The position numbers were made by a program, and so were the translations under genes. Of a stretch of 64,000 nucleotides of DNA, positions 50,250 through 63,469 are shown in pieces (positions within the stretch are counted from its first letter, which is position 1; each line of letters starts with the position of its first letter). This stretch comes from Lama glama (taxonomy: Eukaryota), in the NCBI GenBank assembly GCA_028534125.1, contig CM052816.1, positions 94,800,001 through 94,864,000 on the forward strand. Reading direction: 5' to 3'. Under the pieces are notes generated by a model. It ran no database searches. It had not been told where the DNA came from and saw only the letters and a list, made by a program, of their open reading frames with translations.

Positions 50250-52530
50250 TGGGGCTTGTTTGATTAGCAGGAGACTGGGAAGCCATATTTTCTGGACTTA
50301 ATCAGTGTAATTTTAGCTGGCCATTATATTGAAGAATTAAAGGTTGTTTGGAAAGAGAATGGAAAGGTAGCTGTTCAAAAACAAAGAGTAATTTTTTATA
50401 CCCACTGGCCCAGACACATGCAGACCACAGTGAGTTTAAGCTCCCATAACACATGAGGGAAACGAGTATGGTAAAAATGGTGCCATAAGCCGGTTGTGAT
50501 TATATAAACTGAGAGCCCCTTGGCCAACCAAGGTCCAGCATTCTCGAAACTAAAACAAAATAGATTTCCTAGGGAGGTGCTGGCAATATCTGTATTAACA
50601 AAGGAGGTGGTAGAGACTGGTCCCCTGGCTCCCAGCACCTCCTCATACAAAAGACTTGTTGGACCAAAGCAGTCAGCTTTTCTAGGTTGACTTTATAGAT
50701 TAACAGGGTCTAAATAGAGTGTTCTCCTCAGGGCTCTGACAGTATCCAATATGATTCAACTTAATGAGGAAACTCAATGGGCACCAGGGATTTCAGTGCT
50801 ACCATTGATCTGGAAAATTCTCCCCCCATCCAATTCCAATTTCAGAGAAAAAGCCAATCTTGATTTGCCTTTACCCGAGAGACGAAGCAGTCTGTTGTAA
50901 CAGGTCTCACACAAAGAAACGTTAATTCCCTTACCCGTGGCCCAGATTCCTGTGAAGGAACTCACTCTCACTGATGATAAAAGATACTCTGATATATGAC
51001 TTTGATGATGTAATGATTATCAGGCCGATAAAAGAGTAGGTGGACAGACTTGAAACGAGGGTGGACTCATGACAAGGTGAGACTGGCTTGAAAATTCTGC
51101 AGAATTAGAAGGGGTGACTCAACAGGGAATATTTGAAGAATCAGGGATATTTCTCAATTGATGAAAGAGGTTCCCCTGATGCCACCCTGAAATGAAATAG
51201 AAACGTAATCCTGCATAGAACTCCCTGGGTCCTGGAGAAACCATATTGCATTTCAGGATATTATCAAGTCCCATTAGAAAAAAGGGGGAAAAAGAAAAAG
51301 AAAAAGAAGAGAGTAGCTTTTGAAGATGGTCCCAACAGTAGAAATTCCCAGGGTCTTCAATGGGTAAGATTATCAAGCATAACTTTGGATGCCTGAGATC
51401 CAAGCTGCTTTACTCAAACAGGGACAAATACCCACAAATACCAATGAGATTAGAATTTATGGCAAAATCCAGTAGGGGCAGCAGAAAGGCAACCTTAAGG
51501 TTTTGAACATACTGACTGCCACATTTCACCATTAGACATTTACTTTGTGAAAGATGATCAGCGGCTGAGTGCTGGACACTAGTAGAGATGTCTTGCATCT
51601 CCAAAGGACATTTGAGGCCTGAAATTCCTGTTAAGCCTTGAAGAATGTCAGAAAAAAATGACATAAGAAGGGGTCTGTCCAAAAACTCTCTGATTAAGTG
51701 CGAGGATTTGCACAAAAACTTCTATGTTTGGTTATACCAGAGGAATCCACTAGATACATGAACAGGTTGTCTCAGAACCCGGGTTCCCTGCTTCATCTCT
51801 TTTGATGCTTCATCCCCTTCTGTAGAGAAATCGTAGGCCCAGACCAGGCCTCCTTACCAGAACAAGTCCAGCAAGAACAGGACTTGCCGACAAGAGGACT
51901 AAAACGATGGAGGTTGGGGGGTGGGGGGCACTCTTTGGGAAGGCTGCCTCCTTCCAAACTAGCTTTCCAAAAACTTGATATTCAGGACAACAACCAAAAT
52001 CAAAACTCCAGGTCTTGTCTTCCAGTTGGCCGGGTTGTATTCTTCTGAGTGACCATCTGAAAAGATACTAGTTATAGTGAGTCATTCATCACTCGTATGG
52101 ACAGGGTCTACCATCCAGTGTGCAGTCTGCCCCATTAGGAAGATTTTTTTCTGTCTCCCCTCCTTGAAGTTATCTGAGAAGAGAATCATGTAACACAGAC
52201 GGGTGGACAGGGGCCAGTGAGTTAGCCATTGAGTCAAGAAATTGGGCAAAGAGCAACGCCCTGTCCTTGGTACTTCTGTATACAGAGCAGATACACAGAG
52301 AGCTAGGAGGTTGCCTTGGTCCTACCAGACTTCAATTGGTCCAGGCGATCTAGGCCATCAGCCAGAGAACAAGCCCTGGAGGTTAGGCAGGAGGGGATCT
52401 CTGGGTCCTGACTAAGGAGACAGTGACTTGGGCGTTGGAAACGAATGGACAGGCAGCCCTGTGCTTCCCACACGTGGGCTCATGGAAGCAGTGAGGCCTG
52501 GAGGGAGAGCGCCTGGTGACCAAGCCATAG
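50250..52530 (+). mobile_element. degenerate class III (ERVL-like) pol remnant: RT, tether/RNase H and possible integrase start
   Basis: Ordered motifs across frameshifts: ATIDLEN (50798-50818), FAFT (50864-50875), YDFDDVMII (50995-51021), GSWRNHI (51227-51247), CWTLVEM (51570-51590), LRPEIPV (51612-51632). These parallel recalled ERVL AIDLAN/FAFS/HYIDDIMLI/GFWRQHI/YWALVET/MRPELPI. Boundaries approximate. Confidence 0.75.
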
Positions 52531-52555
52531 GTGGACACTAGATTGAGTCTCCCTG

Positions 52556-53064
52556 TGTATGGGCTTCCTATGGCTGCTGTAATAAATTACCTCAAACTCT
52601 GTGCCTTAAAACAACATAAATGTATTGTGTCACAGCTCTGGAGCTCAGAAGGCCACCATTGGTCTCCCTGGGCTTAAAGCCAGGGCTGTGCTTCTCTCTG
52701 AAGGCTCTAGGGGACAATCTTTTTTCTTACCTTTTCGAGTTTCTAGGGGTTTCCATATGCCTTGGTTTATGACCCCTTCGATCTTCAAAACCAGTGGTGG
52801 CTGGGTGAGTCTTTCTCATGCTGCCATCTCTGGGATTCTGCCCTTCTGTCTCCCTCCTCCACATGGAAAAGGGCTTCATGAAGACATCGGACCCACCCAG
52901 AAAACCCAGGATAGACTCTTTATTGTAAAGTCAGCCAATCAGCAGCCTTAATTGCATCTGCACCCTGAATTCCCCTGTGCCCTGTAATGTACATGCTTAC
53001 AGGTGTCAGGGGTTAGGAGACAGGCATCTCTGGGATGGGCTGGGGGCATGATTCTGTCCACACA
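52556..53064 (-). mobile_element. MLT1D-like solo LTR
   Basis: 'ggctgctgtaataaattacc.caaact...cttaaaacaacataaat', 'gaaggctctaggggacaatc', 'cccacccagaaaacccaggata', 'ggggttaggagacagg.atctctggg'. Flanks CCCTG/ACCTG give a 4/5 TSD. Confidence 0.9.
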
Positions 53065-54122
53065 ACCTGATAGAGCAAGGAAGCCCTGGGCAGCCACACC
53101 TCTGACTGAAGGAGGCCACGTGACCGCCTGCTCCTGGAGCTCTCCACCTGCAGATAAGGTTCTGGATTCTTCCCACTGACAAAGCATTTTCCCTTGGCTC
53201 GTTTGGCTTTACCATGTCAGTCTGTTCCATCTTGACGGCCCAAGGTCTCGAAAGCAAGAGCGTTGGTCAGATGTCGAGCCAGTTCCCATTCTTGTCATGA
53301 AAATTCCCTTTGGAAAACTTTAAAGTAAATTATTATTTCTTTAATTTTGTCATTCACATTTGCCAGTTCTCCTACCCTGTAAACATGGGTATCCGTATTA
53401 ATAAGTATCTCACAGTTTTTCATATTATCTCTCAGAGTTTCCAAAGCTAACATTTTCCCCTTCTTGCTAGCCTTCCAGGCTCTAGATTTAATTTTTCTGC
53501 AATAACCACCCTAAGAAATGAATCAATAGATGATAATTTGCTTTGCAATGTAGATTTTTCCATTTTAGTGTCTTAAACCCTGAAAAGTGACAGCAGAATG
53601 AGAAAATTTTGAATTATGAATAATCTTCCTTATTGTTTGACTTTTCTAGGTCTCTTTACCATTTAGCCCAAGTTCATCTAATGGAAATTGGATATTTAAC
53701 CATGGGCCTGAGTACTACACTATTTCGCATGCTTTTATATATTTTTTGCATTAAAGAAAACGATGTCTGCATATCTATAATTAGCTAATATATTCAGCAT
53801 CGGCTCCTATAAACAAGATGCAGGTGTATGTAGGGCAGAAGTGTTTTATACATAATGTCGGCTTTTAACTTGTGGGTAAAAGTACTCTCACTTCATGAAA
53901 TGAAAAGATAAAGTTATAAGAGAAACAGTTTTTTAACGTGCATAGCCTTTGCTGGACCAGCGTCATGTTCACGGTGGTATCATGTTCTGAAGTTCTGAGA
54001 TCTCTTCTTAGGCACCAGAAGTCTTTGTCTGTAATTACCAACTTGCTTGGCATCTGACATTTCTCCTGAAGGATAGATTATGAAAGTTGGCTTTATTTCA
54101 AAATTTCAAAGTTCATCCTCAA

Positions 54123-54213
54123 AACTATGTATGTGTATGTAAGACTGAAACAGTATGCTGCACACCAGAAATTGACACAGTCTTGTAAACTGACTATACT
54201 TCAATTACAAAAA
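54123..54213 (+). mobile_element. very short LINE-1 3' tail
   Basis: 'actgaaacagtatgctgcacaccagaaattgacacagtcttgtaaactgactatacttcaattacaaaaa', the reverse complement of the family seen at 21040. Confidence 0.8.
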
Positions 54214-54224
54214 GGGTGCAAAAA

Positions 54225-54490
54225 GTATAATAATATGGATTTCCTGCTGTGTGCCAGGTACTCCTCTCAGCCCTGGGGATTCAGTATTCAGTAAACCAGG
54301 TACGACCTCTGCTCTCATGGTCTGAAATCCCTCTGGGTGGGAGTGGGGCAGAAAATCAAACATATATATGAAATATATCAGGTGGTAAATGGGAGCGGAG
54401 GAGAAATCCAGAGAAAGGTTGTGGTCTGGAAGAGGAGGGGACGGGATGTGGGGTGAATGTGCTATTTTGGGTGGTTTATCAGGTCAAGTG
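54225..54490 (-). mobile_element. L2 LINE 3' fragment
   Basis: 'cctgctgtgtgccaggtact..tctcagccctggggattcag...ctctgctctcatgg'. Confidence 0.65.
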
Positions 54491-55149
54491 GATTCTGACT
54501 ACTGTACATGCAGAATTTTAAAACAAAACAAAATTCTTGCCTAAGCCCCTGCTTCATTATTAGTGCTCCAAATCTACCAGCCTGTTAAAAATCAAGGACA
54601 ACCATCTCTTTCCTTCTAGTCTGGGGGAAAAAATGTATGCAATAACACACACGTTTGTAAATTCTTAAAGAATTTAAAATGCAAACCAAGGCTTTTATGT
54701 ATCCAGTAACTTTTAAATGCAGAATTAGATAAGGAAACTTTTTTTCACCTGGCATTTTATATGTTGAAGGTTTTTAAAAACAGTATTGATAAACTATGCA
54801 GAGAGTTAAAGTCTGAAAACAGAGCAAAATCAGAGCATTTTGTTATTTATAATTGGGGTTCCAGTCGTTTAATCTGACACACTCCAGGGCTGAAGATCTT
54901 TAAACTGAAATTATTCCTGTAAAGAAATAACCATCTTTTCAATCTCTGTGGCTATTTATTGGAAGGTAAAATACCTATTTCGGCAGGTCTTCGGAACCCA
55001 CAAGCAGTGGGGTGTAAGAGCAAGAAAAAATGGATGCTACAGAATTTAAATTGGAATAAAATAATGGAAGGAGCTGAATGAATCCCATTGTGGCAAAGAA
55101 AAGGAAAGGAGATATTTCTGAATTGCCGCCCCTTTTAGATACATCCCTA

Positions 55150-55651
55150 CAGGCAGCCCTCAGAGATACTGCGGGTTCAGTTCCAGACCGCCGCAGTAAA
55201 TCGTGCCTCGAAGTAAAGCAAGTCACACAATCGTTTTTGGTTTCCCAGTGAGGATAAAAGTTATGTTTACACTATACTATAGTCTATTAAGTGTGCCATA
55301 GCATTATACCTAAAAAAAATGTACATACCTTAGTTAGAAAAAGACTTTATTGCTAAACAATGCTAACCATCATGTGAGCCTTCAGCTAGTCATAATCTTG
55401 TTTCAACAGTAACATCAGAGATCGCTGATCACAAGTCGCCATTACAAGTATAGTAATAATGAAAAAGTTTGAAATATTGTGAGAATTACCAAAATGTGGT
55501 GCAGACATAGAATGGGCAAATGCTGTTGGAAAAATGGCACTGATAAACCTGCTTGACACAGGGTTGCCATAAACCTTCAATTTGTGGAAAAAAAAAGAGC
55601 AAGGTCTGTGAATTGCAGTAAAGCAAAGTACAATAAAGGGAGGGATGTTTA
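55150..55651 (+). mobile_element. Tigger1 internally deleted derivative (about 500 bp)
   Basis: TA|caggca..cctcagagatactgcgggttcagttccagacc... joined to the Tigger1 3' part 'gaaaaagtttgaaatattgtgagaattaccaaaatgtg...cagggttgcca.aaaccttcaatttgt', then a TA flank. Confidence 0.92.
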
Positions 55652-56953
55652 TACATATATGCTTATTTGTACATGCATTTATTGTATATTATTATATGTG
55701 TGCAAAATGATAGTATGTATGCATATAAAATTATAGACGTGGGTGCGATTTAGCACCACTAACTTACTAAAAGTACTAGGACAGTTGTGGTGCTGTCAGC
55801 ATTTTTGCAATAACCATCCACAGGATGCCTAGAATAATGTCTCTTTCTTCATTAAGGCTGACACACGGGTTTAGGATGCACCGCATTGCACTTGATGGGA
55901 TTTCTTAGTACATAATTTTTTAAATTTCAGAGGTCACAGATGCAGCAAACACGTGTGTTTTCTTATTATGCCAAGATCCAAGTGTCATATAAGTGTTCTG
56001 CTTGGGCTGATGGACCACATGAAGAGTGTATAACATTTCATCAGCTGAGCAGTATCATGGAATAACTCATATTTCCAGTTGCCATGTTGCAAACAGATTT
56101 CCCTGGTAACAGCTTTCTTTGTGTTCAAGAGAAACATGTGAGGAGGTGAAGCTGACATGGTCCAGTTTGTGGATTCTCAAAAGAGCTGGTCACAGTGGCT
56201 GAACCCGACAGACGTCAGTGGGGAGCCCCAGGAGCTCTGAGTGATAGAACTTAGGGCTTTGCCTTTTGCTCAGCTTCTGGGATCCCCTGCAGCCTCCACT
56301 TTGACTTGGGGGGCAGAGCTAAGTGGAGAAATTCCAAACGGGTGTCTCCAGTTACTTTGCTGGGCTCAGAGCACAGAGTTATCAAAAGAAGAAAATTGAA
56401 GTTAATTTAAATAAATGACCGAGAGGTGTGGGAAACCCCACCTGCATGTGATACTCTTTATAAATTCCAAGAAGCCAGAAAAATGGTTGGAAAATGTTTC
56501 CAGTCTAGGATATACTTCTGCACGACACACACTACACACAGGTGCTGTCTGTCTGGTTAATTCTCTTACCTGATTGTCACAACTTCCTATATCATTCCTC
56601 TGCTCAAAAAAGCAGGGGTGGGTCTCCACGTGCTAGCACCTCAGATCTTCCTTGTTCATGTGGTTTTCTGTTCCATCCCCAGCCTGGTCTCTTGCTGGCA
56701 TCCACAGCTGTCCCTGTGTCCCACCTGTGGAAGGTGCTCTGTGCCAGCAGGTGCCCCTCTCCATGCGCCTCCCATCCCCTCCAGCTTCCCACTGCTGATC
56801 CCTCTTGAGAGCCATCCTCCATGTGAGCTGCAGGAATTGGGCACTGTTGGCCAGAGGAGCTTTCTGAAAGCATACCATTCCCTTACATTCTGTGTTTTTT
56901 CTTTAAAATCCCACAAATCTTATATAGTACTCCATAAAGTGTCCAAGTCTGAT

Positions 56954-56957
<4 letters not shown>

Positions 56958-57002
<45 letters not shown>
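56958..57002 (+). repeat. (TAA)15 microsatellite
   Basis: Seen directly. It is the source of the poly-I/poly-L stretches in the ORF track. Confidence 0.97.
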
Positions 57003-57006
<4 letters not shown>

Positions 57007-57513
57007 TAATAATTCCCCCAGTCTTCAGGTAAATATAAGGGCCAAGAATATGAACCGCCATGATGCCTACTCTTTCCCCCAACTCTACTATCCATGTCCC
57101 CTACTTTAAAAAGCACAGACTTCCCCAGACATGTTAGAATTTAACCATGTTCTACACTGTATGGTTCACCAGTTTCAAACACCTTAAAGTTAACTCTGCC
57201 GTCGTTTCTTCCAGGAGTAGTTCCCCCACTCCCCAAGGAGGCTGGTTTCATGCCCATCCTGTGGGCTTCAGAAAACCTTGTTTGTTCCTCTATATTTTTC
57301 TTTTATTTAATCCATGGGATCCTTAAGAATCACAGAGCAGTGCCTAGGAAACGTCAGTTGAACTGAGCAAAACTAAAATTCTTTTCTCAGCAAATGTTTA
57401 GTGCAGTGAATATTGCCTATTACTCTCACAAGGGAGCGTGTGAGCAGATTTATCTTCAGAACATGTTGGTAACTTCATCGCCTAAAATAGAAAAAAGAAA
57501 AAAGACGTATGCA

Positions 57514-58020
57514 TGTCGGCTGAAATAAAATGTGCAACGTAAAAGTTGGGAGTTATGTTTTATTCGGCAGACTTTCTGAGGACTCAGCCCGGGATGGCAG
57601 CCTCTCAGATCACTCTGCGGGGCTGCTCTGAAGAGGTAGGGGAGGAGCCAGGATGTACAGGAGTTTTTACAACAAAGACCAGGTAGTCAGAACATTAAAA
57701 GATTACTGTTTATTAAAGAAAACCAGACATCTCAACTTAAAGGATTTAGCGCTTTTCTAAGTGTGGGAAGGTGCAAAGGTCTGGGCTCATGAAATGACTC
57801 CTTCGATCTGCGCCTAGCTGACTAGGGCCAGTGTCCCGTTCTTTCCCATCCTGAGCTCCCCCAGGCGGCACCACTGCCGGTGACAGCAGAGGCCAGCTGC
57901 CTCCTTGTCTGCATCCTGAGTTCCCTCCGTTCACTGTTGGGGGCGGCGGTAGCAGCTGATGACTTGATGGCCGCAGCATCCTTTGCTTACTGATACGGCT
58001 GGCAGTATTTTTCATTCACA
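57514..58020 (-). mobile_element. ERV1 solo LTR with perfect 4-bp TSD TGCA (same family as 33951-34367)
   Basis: TG...CA ends, with TGCA at 57510-57513 and 58021-58024. Confidence 0.92.
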
Positions 58021-58744
58021 TGCATAATAAGAAAACAATTAAGCAAATTTTACATTCCATCCAATTTTTATGGATATTAACAGAAGTCTTACCTGACAAA
58101 GTTTAAATTTTTTAAAATTTAGACATTTAACTTAAATAAAATGAATGCATAGAAAAGTTTTCTCTCCACATCTGTCAACTCCTTTGGGTGGAATATATTA
58201 GGTTCTCTTTAATATTCGTTATTTGTTATAACCATAGGCTACCTAAGATACGAAACAATTTCTCTATTATTGCTATGTCTGTATTTAGCATAATTTTATA
58301 TTTTAGAAGGATGTTATTTTCCATTTGGCAGTAATAAAAGAATTGCAATTTTTAAAATGTGTGCTTTCACACTGCCAATGAAACAGAAATTTAAATGAGA
58401 GGCTGTGTCTTTCATAAACACTGTGCCATCTGTCAGTCAACCAAAAACTACCACAGTGATGATTATCAACACGCTTGTTTCTTAAAAATAAAAGGCCAAA
58501 ACCCTTAGTCACTAGTGATTCCTTTCTTCCCATCAGACCCCGTATTTTCCATCCTGCCTGCAAAACAGATGTGGAATTTGACTATTTCTTAGCACTTGCG
58601 TGCCCATCAATCCGATCAAAAGCTACCAGGTTGCTCACACTGGGACAATCTGGGCAGCCCCTAACTGGCATCCGTCATCTAGCCTTTGGGCCCCTACATT
58701 CTGTTCCCCATGGGACATGTACAGCCATCTTTAAAACAGCATGT

Positions 58745-59290
58745 TAGGTCAACTCTCATTCCCATCTTCGGAGTAAACTCAATGCCCTCAGCGAAGCCAA
58801 AAGCCCCCAGGACCAGGCCTGCACAATCCTGCCGTCACCCCATCTCATCTCGCCTTCACTGTGCCCCAGCCACGCTGGCCTCCTTGCCCTTCCTCGGGCC
58901 CCTCCATCACTCCCTCATGTGCTTGGTCTCTGCTCAGATGTTCCCTAATCATGGTATCCTGACCAGCCCCGTGCAGCACCTTCCTGAATGCTCTGTCCTC
59001 TTTTCCTAACTTCTCATTTCTTCTCTGTGGTTCTTACCACCAGGGAAGATCTGGATATTGAGGGGCTTAACACTGGTACAATTTGATGAATCCTCTTTAA
59101 GGATCAAAGTTATAGTTAGAAAATTGCTCGGTCCTCCTTCAGGTAAAGCTGCCTCTCTTCCTCTCTGTTGAAATGATCGTATTAGCTTCTTTGCTGGTTT
59201 CTTTACCTAATTTCTGTAAGGGAAGGGCTTGGTCCATCTCCCCCACCTCTGAGCCCAGCACCTGAACAGACTGGGCACCATAACCATCAG
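58745..59290 (+). mobile_element. L2 LINE fragments
   Basis: 'cactgtgccccagccacgctggcctccttgc..ttcctc', 'ggtctctgctcagatgt', 'ctgtaagggaagggcttggtc...cccagcacct.aacagactgggcac'. Confidence 0.55.
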
Positions 59291-61227
59291 CCACGTAGGG
59301 GACTGTCTAACCTGTGCAACAATGAAAGCTTCGGGGGTGAAATTTGTGGATTTCCTACATGCACGTTCTGAGATGTTTTAATACTTTTCAAATAGTTATA
59401 CATCTGCCTTACACAGGTTTGTGTATGCAAAATTTGTGTGTGTTCCTCTAAAACTGTCTTATGAGATGCTGAACAGTACATGAATTTTGCTTTGCCACTC
59501 ACACTGTGTTGGGTTGGGTTCAGTTTGGAACACAGTGAGGGAGGCTTCTATTGGAGGGGTTCTTTGCAATGGTCACTACTTAGTGAGTTTGTATTTTGTA
59601 TCCGCAAGGACAGTTCAAAACTTATGCCATGTGATGGAAGCCATTAGGCTTATTGGGAACACGTTGAGTGCGTCTGAGTGATATCACTTGAAATTCTTCC
59701 TTTTTAAAAAAAAAAAAAAAAAAGGAGATGAGGGGGCTTTCCCTGCGTGCTCTGGCAGAGGAATGTTGAAACTCGCAGCAGTTCTGAGCGCCAAGGAGGG
59801 CTTGTGGAGGGTGTGAGCGCCCAGCCCCCAGGCGGGCAGCTCTGAGGCCCCTTTCCACCTCCTGCCCGCATCACTGGTGGCAGCAAGGTTTTCAGTAGAG
59901 AATCCGCTGCCTGCATTTTGTCTACTTAGGTTGACTGTATTTCATTCTGAGATCGGGGAACGTTGAGAAAACTTCTCTGCTCATGATCGCACTTAACATG
60001 CGGGGAATCGAAAGGGCCGAGGACTGTGGTGGGTGTAATTTGTTTGCAGTGGTTCAGGTATGTTTTTCCTTGTAAAGTGTCTTGTGAAATGCATCGCCGA
60101 GTGGAACAACAATTCACATTCAGACCAAAATGAAGGGCTTTTCCCCTCTTATTTTTATCTTTTTAAATGATCAGATCATGAGGGTGTTGAGAATGTGAAA
60201 GTTCAAACTATTGTAAAATAGATCATTTCAGAGATTTATACGAGAACTGGTTTTCTTTAACCAGAGTCATGGACAGGAACCTGTTACTAATACAGAACTA
60301 GAACGTATCAGCTACCTCTCTTAAATCGAGGATAGTTAAAAAAAAGAAAAAAAAGTTTAGATTCTCCCCTTTCAAGATGTTCATTTTGCTCTATGTTTAT
60401 GTGGTTACCTCTGCCATGGCCTTCAGTACCAGCTGAGGACATGTTCAGTGGGCAGTGGGGTGGCAGCTGGATTTGGAAATCTGTCAAGGGTGACAAAGAT
60501 TCTAGGAATCCAAGACCTTTGGATTAGAAAAATAAGGGAAATCAAAGAGCAAGAATAATGTATTTATAGACTTTTAAAATTCTTTCCATGTCAGTTTCAA
60601 AAGCCAGCGAGCATTCTACTGGACACAGAGACAAAACCAAACCCTTACACATCCTGTCACAGCGAATGAGTAGCACCTGGAAAATCTCCATGTGGCTACA
60701 ATCTTCTGAGACCTTTTAGTGTGTTCCTGGTTGTATCTTTTGCTAACGGTTGCATTTTTTCATCTGTTTATTAGAAGCTAATTTGTGAACAAAATCAAAA
60801 CATAGTCCTTCTCTCTCTTTTTGCCTACAAATTCTGTTTCAGGGGGGAAAAATCCTTTTTCTAAGAACTAGAATCACCTCAAAATTAATTTGAATGCCTT
60901 TTTTCTGGTCAATTAAGTTACTATAAGAAGAAAACTCATTGCATTTCTGTTCTTTTTAAAATATAGCTTAATTAATTCACTGTACTTGCCTTGGAAATAT
61001 ATCCAGCAAAACATCTTATGGGTGCAATATCGATGCGGCACATTTAGATATTATTTTTTAAATGATCGACACAATTCATACAGTTCATTCTAGAATAAAT
61101 ATATCCCTTATATCATCTCATTAGTTAGATGCCAGACTGGATTGATGACATATTCAATAATACACAGGTTATACACTAAATGAAATTTATGAAGTTGTAA
61201 CTCTGAATTGTATGCCTTTCACTGGTC

Positions 61228-61565
61228 ATGGTGCTCAAAACACCTGAACTCCCCAGTAGGTTTCAGGGAAGCATTTTTAAAGGCAAGGTGGGGGAGGCGG
61301 AGTCCCAGGGTATGTGATCAGCTCATGCACAATTCTCTGGTTGATGGGGAGGTGGTAAAGGCTAACAGCATCAATCCTTAGGAACCAGTAGGTCTCGGGG
61401 CTACGTGCTCATGGTCATTTGGTGGTGGGTTTTGCATCTGTAAAACAACTCAGGAAATGTGCCTCAGATACTATTATCTGGGTACCTCGGAGAGGAGCTC
61501 CAGCAGAGGATGGGGTGGGGGAGGTTCTGTCCGGGGAAGGCCCTATAGGGTCTTGTTCTGTTAAA
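61228..61565 (-). mobile_element. partial ERV1-type LTR (cetartiodactyl-like)
   Basis: 'gctcaaaacacctgaactcccc...gggaagcatttttaaaggcaaggtg...tgtgatcagctcatgcacaattctct..ttgatgg...gtaaaacaactcagga...agggtcttgttctgtta'. Family unassigned. Confidence 0.7.
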
Positions 61566-62717
61566 CACTTCTACTTTACTCAGAGGCAACTACATGTACA
61601 TACATCAGTGCAGATGATACTGGAAGCCCTGATTGTTTAACTGGCTTGACTATAAGGACGAGGGATGGAGTTCAGTGAGGTAAGATATGTATTTGGCAAA
61701 GTGATAACTTTACAATTTCCACATTAAAGTTGACAGTGAGATTCGGTCAGCTCTGGTTAAGCCTTTTGGTTTCAGATCCACGGACTCTGTATCTTCCAGT
61801 GGCTTTTTAAGCAGAGAAATTTACTTAATTTTTAAACATTAATAAGGAACAGAAAGCAACTAAATCTATTTTTTTTTTACCAACACCATTGAAAAGTAGC
61901 AGTTAATTGGAAATTTACTGAAATCCTTGAGTCTGTAGTACCTCTTGTTAGTCAGCCTTCCTTCTATAAACCAGATCTCGGACGCGAGGACTTGATTGTG
62001 CTTAAGTGCCTAGAGCAAGAGGAAGAAGCACTGCATGTTTTCAGTCCTGCAGACTCTTACTTAAATTTACTTTGCATCTCAGGTCCAGCCTAGTTCCTTT
62101 TCGCACACGAAACCAGCACAGAGAGGCATCCGTTTTGCTTTGAATGGAACAGACCCCAGAGAGGTGGGGACACTACACGCAGGTAGCTCTCTGAGGCCCT
62201 TGTCTCACCCGCGAGAGGTCAGCAAATGGCTGCTGCAGCCTCTTCTCTCTTTCAAGCCAGACTCCAAATTCTTCTCTCTTTCAAAGGCAGAGTGGGTGAG
62301 CAGTAGCCGGTGCCCTCAGGGTCTGCTAGCCTCCAAGCAACTTTTCAGAGTGTTTTTCTAAATGAAGGCAGGTGCCTCCCAGGAGGAATTCTGGTCCCTG
62401 TTAAAGTAATTTTTTTAACACAACATGCGTCATCCTCATCTTTATAATTTTATGAAGACTTTCATGAACATACAAACATTGCTGTAATTGGATAGGTCCT
62501 AAATTATTCATTGATGTTGATGTCAATTTAATGATAATAGCTAGTTCATTTGGCAAATATATTTTATTCTCAATAAACACAGATAATGCTGAGAGTACCA
62601 GGTCCATTAAGTGGTGAGGCCCCATTTTTTGCAATGGGTAATATTGCATTACTTGCATTTTTCTTGTATTTAATTTAATTACCCAACCATCTGTTTTCTG
62701 ATGTAAAAGGGATATAT

Positions 62718-62720
<3 letters not shown>

Positions 62721-62764
<44 letters not shown>
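62721..62764 (+). repeat. (GATA)11 microsatellite
   Basis: Seen directly. Confidence 0.97.
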
Positions 62765-63469
62765 TTCTGCCTTGTCATGAAAGGGCAAGGAGGAAAACCA
62801 TTGCATCCTACTCCAGAATGATTTTTAGATAATTTTAGTTCTAGAGTTTAAATTGTAAAAATTCTGTAAACATTCTTTTAAACAGTGGATTGTCATGGCT
62901 AAGATATATAAGCCGTTTTCATTCTTCCCTGGTGAAAACTGGGTAAGTTTTAGTGATTCTTCGCACATGCATCCCAGCTTTCATCCCCAAGAGACTGTCT
63001 ACATCAGGTTTAAGGATGTCCTCTTTGTAAACCAGCTAAAAGGACAGGCAGCTGGGGGAGTTTTGCTTTGTTTGATTGGTTAGTGTATTTTTATTTCTGC
63101 TGGGTGTAGGGTTCATCAGCCTCCATCCTCCTTACTTTTTATAGACTGCTCTCTCCTAAATTCCTGAAGTTCAGAGCTAAGCAGAAAAATAAACGTGAGC
63201 TATTGACGTAGGAACTACACTGGACCATATATCAAAGAATCGTTTAATAAGTGAATTTAAGACTGTCTATTCAGGTTATGTGTGAAATGCCCTCTCCAGT
63301 CATTCCCTAGCAAGTTCAGGAAACTAGCAGATAGAAGATTTGTTCAGTCCAGACCGAATTCAAGCCATCGCTTCCCTCTATGTAGTTCAGTATCGATAGT
63401 TTTTATTCAGTCATCTCTATTAATGTAAATAAATTGGAATCACACAATCAGTCTTAAGAGAGAAGCAGG

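Noticed and set aside
33951..58020. Possible 24-kb provirus bounded by two similar LTRs
   Set aside because: The second LTR has its own perfect TGCA TSD, the outer flanks do not match, and the interval contains ancient host repeats.
59930..60057. Exon-like 128 bp (tttgtctacttag|...cag|gtatgt)
   Set aside because: All three frames contain stops and no partner exons were found. It could only be a non-coding exon, which is untestable without RNA-seq.
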